From Hyaloraphidium curvatum SAG 235-1 (lineage: Eukaryota; Fungi; Monoblepharomycota): a stretch of 64,000 bases of DNA. This document shows, piece by piece, positions 31,033-38,950 of the stretch. The notes beneath the pieces were generated by a model that did not search any database, had not been told where the DNA came from, and worked only from the letters and a program-made list of their open reading frames with translations. The DNA lies in NCBI GenBank assembly GCA_025558095.1, contig JAIVFI010000035.1:248001-312000 (forward strand), read 5' to 3'. The translations under genes were made by a program, and so were the position numbers. Position 1 is the first letter of the stretch; each line of letters begins with the position of its first letter.

Positions 31033-33225
31033 TCACAACCCGAGGTCCACGCCCACGACTGGCACCTCCCCCCCGCCCTCGGGGCTCCCCGCCTCCTCCG
31101 TCCCGAGGTAAACCATCTCCCCCCCGTACTCCCTCGCAATGCAGTCGTACTCCACCGTCGGGTCCTCGAGCAGCCACAGGCACCTCCCCACGTCCCCCTG
31201 CCCGATCGCCCACGCCGTCGGGCCCCCGCCCGACCCCACGCTCGCGCCCCGCGCCAGGGCGCGGGCGTTTGCCCGCGGTCCGAAATCCAGCCTCCCCGAG
31301 GCGAACGCCCGCCCGCGCCCGCCGAGCCCGCTCCGCCCGTGGGGGAACCGGTCGGCGTCGGCGTGCAGCGTGCCGGACCACTGCGCGCGCGCGGCGTCGG
31401 GGAGGGAGCGCGTGCTGGCGTCAAAGTCGTCGCCCGCGGCAAAGTTCGGGGGGGAGGCGGCGAGAGCCCAGGCGTCGAACTGGCCCTCCAGGCTGGCCAG
31501 CGACGAGGCCGAGGCGTCGGCGCCCGAGATGTCCCACGGGGCTTGGTCGCCCCGCGCCTGCGCCGCGAGCAGCGCCAGCAGCCCGTCCGCGGGGGCGTTC
31601 CCGCGATCGCGCCGCTTCTTCCTCGCCTTGTCCGACTTTTTCCGCGCGGGGATCTTGAGCGAGCGCGACGACAGCGTCCACTGAGCGTCCTCGTCGCTGC
31701 TCCCGCCCGACCTCCGAGGGCCCTGCCGCGACGCCCCCGCGATGGAAGGGAGCGCGAGGTTGACCACCTCGTCCTCGCTGGCCTCGCGGTAGTACCTGCA
31801 CGGCCTTTCCCCGGCGTACGGGGGCCCGATGATGTCCAGCACGAGGACGCCGTCCGAGACGGCGCGGAAAGAGTGCAGCGTGGCCGAGTGGGGGGACGAC
31901 GAGTCGATCTCCTGGAGCGAGGCGGGGTGGGTGTGGGGGATGTCGGCGTCCAGGGTGATCTGCGCGGGCTGCGCGAAGGTGCTGGCGGTGAGGGGCTGCG
32001 GCGGCGGGTGCGAGAGGAGGCGGTACGAGGTGACGTGGAGCGTGCCGTACACCACTTTGCTGGAGGCCGGGGGGGTATCTCGATCAGCGGGGAGCAGAAT
32101 CGCCACCGGTGAGGAGACCCACCTAAAGACGTTCATCTCCGGGTGGTCGTGTATCGGCATGCTGGCGCCGGCGCGGAGGGCAAACACGCAGATGGTGAAG
32201 AGGTCGCTCTCGAACACGCCGTAGTACTCGACGTTTGCGACCATCTCCAGCGGGCGCAGGTGGCGCGGCTCGACGCGGTGGATCAGGTGTGCCAGCCTGC
32301 GCGACAGGTCTGCGCGCTGCGGCGCCTCGCGGGGCGTGGTGAAGAGGGCGTGTGCGTGCAGCGCGATGTCGTGGACCAGCGACGGCCGCAGCGGGCGGTC
32401 GACGTGGAGCGGGGCCGGCGAGCCGTGCGGCGGCGACGATGTGTCGGGAGGGGGCGAGGGCGGAGCGGGGGGTGGCGGAATCCAAAGTGGTACCGGGAGG
32501 GAGTGCGCCGGGGCCGGCGGGTCCCATTCGGCATGGGGCGGAGAAGGATCGAATGCGCCTCTCGCGGCGTCGAGCGACAGCGCGGCGGCGGCGGGCGGCG
32601 GGGGGCCGGGCGGGCTTCCTGCGGCCACCGCCGATCCCGCCCAGGGGGCCTCGCTGGGGGGCCCGCCGAGCGCCGCGGGGAGGGCGCCGGCGGGCAGCGG
32701 CGAGACGAGCATGGCTGCGGCGGCGGGCGGCGGGCCCCGGAAGGGCGCCGCGGCCGGCGGAGGGGGCCCGAGCAGGCCGCCCAGAGGGGTCGGCGGCGTC
32801 GCGGCCGGTGGCGGCACGGCCTCCCCAAAGTGCCCGCCCCACGTCCGCGCCCCGCTCGCCGCCGCCGGCCGCTGCCACGTGGACCCCGCTGGTGGCGCCA
32901 GCGTGGCAGGCTGAGAACGGCACAGGTTTGGAGTCGCGCGGGGCACGTTGACGCAACGAAAGGCTGTGCGATGAGCAATCGTCCTTGTCCCTGTTGACGG
33001 ATGGGGTGCGAGAAGCCTCGGATGGGACCACGGCAACTTGCTAGAACACGTCAGGGATGCGACGCGCACACTTTCGGGCGGAGTTCCGGTTGGAGCCGGT
33101 GGATGCTGAGGGACCCGAGAGGCGGTCCAGATGCGGGCGGCGGTCGGAGTGGCGGCAACCCCCTTTGTGAGCAGAATAGGCGCTCGGGAGGCCGGTTCGA
33201 CCCGGATGGAGTTCGGTACGGCCAT
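31033..33225 (-). CDS. ADO: PCO/ADO-family thiol dioxygenase (N-terminal cysteine oxidase / cysteamine dioxygenase)
   Basis: Cupin motifs FTICVFAL..MPIHDHPEMNVFSKVVYG (after removing the 63-bp intron 32060-32122), LHSF, LDIIGPPY..RPCRYY and C-terminal LWLLE...YGG. The start is uncertain (32712 or 33225). Confidence 0.92.
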   Translation of the reverse strand: MAVPNSIRVEPASRAPILLTKGVAATPTAARIWTASRVPQHPPAPTGTPPESVRVASLTCSSKLPWSHPRLLAPHPSTGTRTIAHRTAFRCVNVPRATPNLCRSQPATLAPPAGSTWQRPAAASGARTWGGHFGEAVPPPAATPPTPLGGLLGPPPPAAAPFRGPPPAAAAMLVSPLPAGALPAALGGPPSEAPWAGSAVAAGSPPGPPPPAAAALSLDAARGAFDPSPPHAEWDPPAPAHSLPVPLWIPPPPAPPSPPPDTSSPPHGSPAPLHVDRPLRPSLVHDIALHAHALFTTPREAPQRADLSRRLAHLIHRVEPRHLRPLEMVANVEYYGVFESDLFTICVFALRAGASMPIHDHPEMNVFRWVSSPVAILLPADRDTPPASSKVVYGTLHVTSYRLLSHPPPQPLTASTFAQPAQITLDADIPHTHPASLQEIDSSSPHSATLHSFRAVSDGVLVLDIIGPPYAGERPCRYYREASEDEVVNLALPSIAGASRQGPRRSGGSSDEDAQWTLSSRSLKIPARKKSDKARKKRRDRGNAPADGLLALLAAQARGDQAPWDISGADASASSLASLEGQFDAWALAASPPNFAAGDDFDASTRSLPDAARAQWSGTLHADADRFPHGRSGLGGRGRAFASGRLDFGPRANARALARGASVGSGGGPTAWAIGQGDVGRCLWLLEDPTVEYDCIAREYGGEMVYLGTEEAGSPEGGGEVPVVGVDLGL

Positions 33226-33359
33226 GATGGAGGTCGGCCGGGTCCCGAATCCTCGTTGCGGAGCAATCGACAGGTGGTGTTGCGTCGGATCCAGTTTCGG
33301 GTGTTGGGAGGGGCTGGTGGATATTTTGAGTTTCCCTCGGCCACGCTCCAACTTCCGAG

Positions 33360-33366
33360 TGACTAA
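33360..33366. promoter_or_regulatory. TGACTAA, AP-1/Gcn4/Yap-like site between ADO and bZIP starts
   Basis: One mismatch to TGACTCA, in the short divergent intergenic region. A single 7-mer, so it could be chance. Confidence 0.3.
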
Positions 33367-33502
33367 CCGGACGAAGGGTCTCGAACTCCGCCTCCTCCTC
33401 GCCCGAAAAGACACCGCCGGCGCGAGCGTCGGTCGCTCGCGGTCTCGCCCGCGCCCGGACACCGCCGGGGCACCCCCCGTTGGGGCGCAAACCCGTCCCG
33501 AA

Positions 33503-34844
33503 ATGTGCTACCCCCCGAAGAGCGCCGCCGGCGCCGCCGTGCGCCCCGCGCCCGGCCCGCACCGCCCGGCCTCGCTGTTCACCACAAAGGCCGCCATCTC
33601 CGCCGCGCTGGAGAGCAGGGAGGCCGCGCGCCACGCCGCGCCCTACGCCGCCTATGCCGCCGCCCCCCTGCCGGTCTCGCCGCAGAACTCGGTCGAGACC
33701 GACTGGTCGAGCCCCACGCTGAACGACTCGTTCGACATGCCCGCCGCGCTGGACACCGCCGCTCAGGTGGGCACCCCGGGGGGCCCGCCCTCCCAACCCC
33801 CTAACCCCGCCACCGCCACCAGCCCCTGCCGCACGAGTTCCTCGCCGCCTTCCACTCCAGCTTCCCCGGCTTCTACGACGAGAAGAACGTCGCCGCCATC
33901 AACCACGCCCTGTTCGAGAACGTCGGCCTCTTCTCCCCCGAGCTGCTCGACGCCGCCTCGCCCTTCCTGCACCCCCCGGCCTACCCGCCCCTCGTCGACG
34001 CCGAGCCCGCGCAGCCCCCCGCCGCCCCCTTCTTCCCCGCCATCCCCGCCTACCCCGCCGCATCCGCCAAGTACGAGCCCGCGGTCAAGTACGAGTTCGA
34101 CTACCCCGCCACTGCCCCCCCCGCATCCGCCGACCCCGCCACCCTCCCCGCCTACCCCACCCTGACCCTCAAGCGCTCCGCGGACCTCACCTCGGCCGAC
34201 GGCGCCTCGACCCTCTCGGACTCGGAGGAGGCCGACGCCAGCGACGAGGACTACCGCCCCCGCGCGAAAAAGGCGCGGTCCGACGGCGCCTCGGCAAGCG
34301 GAAAGAAGCAGCGCGCGAGGCCGGCGCAGGCCGACGACATCCTGCTCAAGACGGACCCGGAGACGCTGAGCAGGCTGCTGGTGCCGGTGCGCAAGAGGAG
34401 GCAGCCCAAGCCGCTGGACCCCAACCTGCCCATCGAGGTGAGCGTCGGTCGACGGTCGTGCATGGGGGTGCGCGCGGGTGCATCGCCGTGCAGAGCAAAT
34501 GCACCTGCGACATTGCGGATGCGCGGGGGATGCGACCGGGACGCCGGAGATGCGCTGGAGTGCGGTTCGGGCCCGCTGTGCACGGTTATGCGCCACTCCG
34601 CACACCACCCCAAAGTCAGACGCTGACCACCCCCTCGCCACCACAGGTCGTTGAGAAGCGCATCAAAAACACCGAGGCCGCGCGCCGCTCGCGCCTCCGC
34701 AAGACGCTCAAGATGGACCAGCTCGAGCAGCGCGTCACGGAGCTCGAGGCCGAGCGCGGCGAGCTCGTGCGGCGCCTCGAGGAGGCCGAGAGGGAGCGGG
34801 ACGAGTGGAGGCAGCGGTGCGCGCAGGTCGCGTGGAAGCGGTGA
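33503..34844 (+). CDS. GCN4/CpcA-type bZIP transcription factor, probable N-terminus Met-Cys
   Basis: Exons 33503-33766, 33823-34437 and 34647-34844 give 358 aa. Basic region KRIKNTEAARRSRLRK and zipper MDQLEQRVTELEAERGEL. Starts MCYPPKS. Confidence 0.9.
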
Positions 34845-35006
34845 GGGCCCGCCCCCCGGGCCGGGGGATAGACGTAGAACATGTATGCGGGGCCGCAATA
34901 GGCCCGCGCGTGGTCGCTTCTTTGCCCTGTGCGGCGTGTTGGAGAACACGATTCTTCGGTATGCACCCGCCCGCTCTACTACAATCCGGACCCGCGGCGT
35001 CAAAAG

Positions 35007-35491
35007 TCACTGAATGATGCGCTCGGAAGTCAGCCCATCCGCCGAGCACGTCCCGCCGACGATGTTGACGCAATCCGTGGGATCGCACAGGCACTGCCCG
35101 TCCAGCGGGGCAAACGTGCCGCCCCGGCACGCCATCCCCCTCCCCGTGCACGTGTTCCTGCACGCGTCCGCCGGGTAGTCCGCGCAGTCCCCCGCGATGC
35201 ATACCCGCCCGGGCCCCGAGCGGGCCCCGAGCACATGTCCTGCCGGCACATGCACGCGGCGCCGTCGGCCGAGCACGCGCCGCCCTTGATGATGACGCAC
35301 GCCGAGTCGTCGCACGTGCAGGTGCCGTCGAGCGCGGGCAAGGAGCCGCCCTTGCAGGCGAAACCGGGGGCGGTGCAGGTGTTGCTGCATGCGTCCGCGG
35401 GGTAGGTGGTCGCGGCCGCAGCTCATGCCGTGGGCGTCGTGCTCGCCCGGAGCGTCCGCGAGGTGCTGCAGGAGGTCGTCGCGGACGACGA
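35007..35491 (-). pseudogene. Degenerate C-terminal extension (Ser/Thr linker plus two Cys-rich repeats) of the GloVer-repeat gene
   Basis: In frame past TAG 35492-35494. A second stop TGA lies at 35423-35425 and an 11-bp duplication (35210-35231) shifts the frame. Two YPADACxNTCT..C.CD..C..GG.CSADG units. Confidence 0.75.
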
Positions 35492-38327
35492 CTAGGCTCC
35501 CGTACCACCAAAGCTCAGGGCAAACACCGTCCCGCTCCAGCCGTCCGGCCCTCCCGAAGTCAGACCGTACACCTTGCCGTCGGCGGCCAGCACCAGATCG
35601 CCCTCGGGAGCACCGCCCGGCAGGACGGCGCCCCCGGATGCGGGCACCGATCCGTCGGCCGAAAACGTGACGACGGTCTCGAAGCCCGATCCGTCCGGCC
35701 GCAGGCGGAAGACACGGCCCGGGAGCGAGGCGGTGCCCGGATCGGGGGCACCGCCGTACAACCATCCGCCGACCAGGAGGAGCGAGGTCGGGGATGCGTC
35801 GCCACCGGCCCCTCGGAGATCCGCCAGAACGCTGAGTGCGCCGTCCGTGCCCAGCTTCCAGACCGTCCCGCCGCCGAACCGCCCGCCGCCCGAGGTCGTC
35901 CCGACCAGCGAGCCGTCATCGAGCCGCAGCGGGCGCGCATAGGGCCACTGTCCAGTGGTCGAGCTGAAGTGGGCGAGGGTGGATAGGAGGCCGGCCGGGG
36001 TAATGCGGAAGACGGTGCCCCCGTCGTGCTGGCCGCCCGCGTGCGTGGTGCCGTAGAAAAAGCCGTCCGAGCCGAGCGTGAGCCCGGCAAAGGGGTTCCC
36101 GCCCTTGGTCGACGACGTGGAGCTCTCAAAGACCGTCAGCACGGTGATGTTGCCGGCCTTGGTTGCCCGGAAGACCGTGCCGAGGTTGTCGGCCGAGTTT
36201 ACCCCGTACATCAGGGTGGTGCCGTAGAAGTGCCCGTCTGAGCCGCGCACCAGCTGGCCCTGCGGGCGGATGCCGGTGGCTGCGTCGAACGACGCCAGCA
36301 GTGTCGCGGCACCCGCCGAGGAGATGCGTACAAAAGCGCCAAAGTCCGACCTGCCGCCGCTCGAGGCCGCCAGGTAGAGGAAACCGTCGGGATCAAACAC
36401 GGGCGCCGCGCGGGGCACCGATCCGTTTGCGGCGCCCGTCAGCGAGGCGAGCAGCGTCGGCTGCCCGTCCCTCAGCGCCCAAAGTGCGCCGAGGTTCGAT
36501 GCCCCCCCTAAAAGCGAGGCGCCGTGGATGACGCCCGAAGCGCCCTCGACGAGGCCCTGCGGCTGCACGAACGCGGCACTCAATCGCGCGACAAGCGTCG
36601 GTGAAGGCGGGCTGGACGTTCCCGACGCCGTGCTGAAAGTGCGCGTGAGGCTGGAGCTCGTCCAGCTTCGGCTGCTTGTCCGCGGAGGGCTCGAGCTCGT
36701 CCGGCTTGTGGAGCTTGTTCGCGTTGCGGTGGAGCTGGTGTAGGACGTGCTGCTGGTGCGGATGCGGCTGGATGTCGTGACGCTCGTGCTGCTCGTGGTG
36801 GTCCTGCTCGAACTAGTCCTGCTCGTGCTGCTCGTCGCCGTCCGACTGGAGCTGGTGCGGCTCGAGGTGCTCGACGGCGTCCGCGACGTCGTGGTCTTCG
36901 TGCTCGTGAGGAGGGTCCGCGAGGTGCTGCTGGAGCTGGGCGCCGACGACGACGGTTGGCCGGCGCCGGCACCGGCAAAGCTCAAGGCAAACACCGTCCC
37001 GTTCCAACCGTCTGGCCCTCCCGAAGTCAGACCGTACACCTTGCCGTCGGCGGCCAGCACCAGATCGCCCTCGGGAGCACCGCCCGGCAGGACGGCGCCC
37101 CCGGATGCGGGCACCGATCCGTCGGCCGAAAACGTGACGACGGTCTCGAAGCCCGATCCGTCCGGCCGCAGGCGGAAGACGCGGCCCGGAAGCGAGGCGG
37201 TGCCCGGATCGGGGGCACCGCCGTACAACCACCCGTCGACCAGGAGGAGCGAGGTCGGGGATGCGTCGCCACCGCCCCCGCGGAGATCCGCCAGGACGCG
37301 GAGTGCACCGTCCGTGCCCAGCTTCCACACGGACCCGCCGCCGAAGCGCCCGCCTCCCGACGTGGTTCCGACCAGCGAGCCGTCATCGAGCCGCAGCGGG
37401 CGCGCATAGGGCCATTGTCCCGTTGACGAGTTGAAGTGGGCCAGAGTCGAGAGAAGGCCGGCCGGGGTGATGCGAAAAACAGTGCCGCCATCGTGCTGGC
37501 CGCCCGCGTAGGTGGTCCCGTAGAAGAAGCCGTCGGAAGCGAGCGTGAGCCCGGCGTAGAGATTGCCGCCCTTGGTCGACGACGTGGAGCTCTCAAAGAC
37601 CGTCAGCACGGTGATGTTGCCGGCCTTGGTTGCCCGGAAGACCGTGCCGAGGTTGTCGGCCGAGTTTACCCCGTACATCAGGGTGGTGCCGTAGAAGTGC
37701 CCGTCTGAGCCGCGCACCAGCTGGCCCTGCGGGCGGATGCCGGTGGCTGCGTCGAACGACGCCAGCAGTGTCGCGGCACCCGCCGAGGAGACGCGGACGA
37801 GGGCGCCATAGTCCGATCTGCCGCCGCTCGATGCCGCGAGGTAGAAGAAGCCGTCGGGATCGAGCACGGGGGCGGCGCGGGGCATCGACCCGTTTGCGGC
37901 GCCCGCCAGCGAGGCCAGCAGCGCCGGCACCCCGTCCTTCAGCGACCACAGCGCGCCGAGGTTCGACGCGCCGCCGTACAGCGAGGCGCCGTGGATGACG
38001 CCGGCTGGACCCTCGACGATGCCGTGCGGCTGCGCGAAGGCGGCGCCCAATTGCGCGACGAGCGTCGGCGACGGCGCGCGTGCCGTTGTGGACGCCGTGC
38101 TGCTGCTCGTGGTGCAGGCGCCCCACACCGTCACCGTGCGAGTCGGCGAGACGGTGACCGTCGCCGTGATCGTCGACGTGAACGACGCGCTGCACGTCGA
38201 CTGCGGGGGGCGATTCGGCGATCGGTGAGAGCTGAAGGGCGCGCGCGGACGGCACACCCACCGCGGGCTGCGCGGCCGCCAAGGCCGGCAGGAGCGCCGC
38301 CGCCGCGCCGATCAGCGCCAGTCGCAT
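35492..38327 (-). CDS. Secreted protein with two blocks of GloVer (TIGR03803-like) beta-propeller repeats and Ser/Thr linkers
   Basis: Signal peptide MRLALIGAAAALLPALAAA and one intron. Repeats of type LxxxSDGxFYGTTxxGG...GTVFRI. Confidence 0.88.
35510..38073. repeat. Intragenic direct duplication of about 1.1 kb, period 1467 bp (~35510-36606 and ~36977-38073)
   Basis: Near-identical DNA. Shadow ORFs recur at offset 1467 (36163/37630, 35560/37027). Confidence 0.95.
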
Positions 38328-38950
38328 GGTGTCTGTGTGCTGGCCGGCCCGGATGGCCCGTCCGCGGCCCGCAAGTGCGTCCTTCGGCGGGAGAGCGGCA
38401 TCAAGCGGCGGCTGGAGAAAAGCTGACGCCGCCTGAATGGGCGGATCGGCTGCCTGGACACATCCCATCCCGCCGCGCTCAATATTGGCTCGGCATTGAT
38501 TCGGAAAAGATTCCATCAACGAGGAAATGTTAGATGCGAGGCGCGCACCGAGCCGCGCGGAGGATTGGCACAGTGGCCACCCACCGAACCGACTTCGCCC
38601 CGTCGAGGCTACGTCTGGCATCTGCTTCATCACTTGCACAAGGAGATTCGAAGTCCGGCGTTTGGCGCCCAGAGCTGGAGGAAGGCGGAGCGATTATCTC
38701 TGGAAACAACATGGAGAGCACCGCCTCAAAAGAAGTCCCAAGTCCGTGTGGAGCATAGTCTCTTCTTCGGAGCACGTATCTAACTTTCCATTTTTCGCAC
38801 ACCTTCTGCTGATTGGTGTCGCATGGGATTTTGGGACCCATCCAGCCCCTAAACCCGGCCCCAACCCGCCTCCGCCACAGTCGGAGTCATTCCAGCATTC
38901 ATTCACGAATCTCTATGGACAAACGAACAGTATGCCTACGAACATTTCCG

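Noticed and set aside
30358-32112. 584-aa plus-strand ORF as an extended HAD protein
   Set aside because: It reads through an intron into the antisense of ADO. The spliced HAD ends at 30913.
34438-34646. Unusually long bZIP intron with a short inverted repeat (GGAGTG/CACTCC): snoRNA or Hac1-like unconventional intron
   Set aside because: It has canonical GT-AG ends and a branch site. I could see no convincing C/D or H/ACA boxes or Ire1 stem-loops.
35423-35494. Stop-codon reassignment, readthrough or selenocysteine at the in-frame TAG and TGA
   Set aside because: TAG and TGA terminate conserved genes normally elsewhere in the window, and a frameshifting 11-bp duplication follows. Decay is the simpler explanation.
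36610-36960. Short tandem repeats resembling a CRISPR array or satellite
   Set aside because: They encode the Ser/Thr/Arg linker, with no constant repeat and unique spacer structure.
35510-38073. 1.1 kb direct repeats as LTRs of a retroelement
   Set aside because: Both copies are in-frame coding repeats. No gag/pol, TG..CA ends or target-site duplication was seen.
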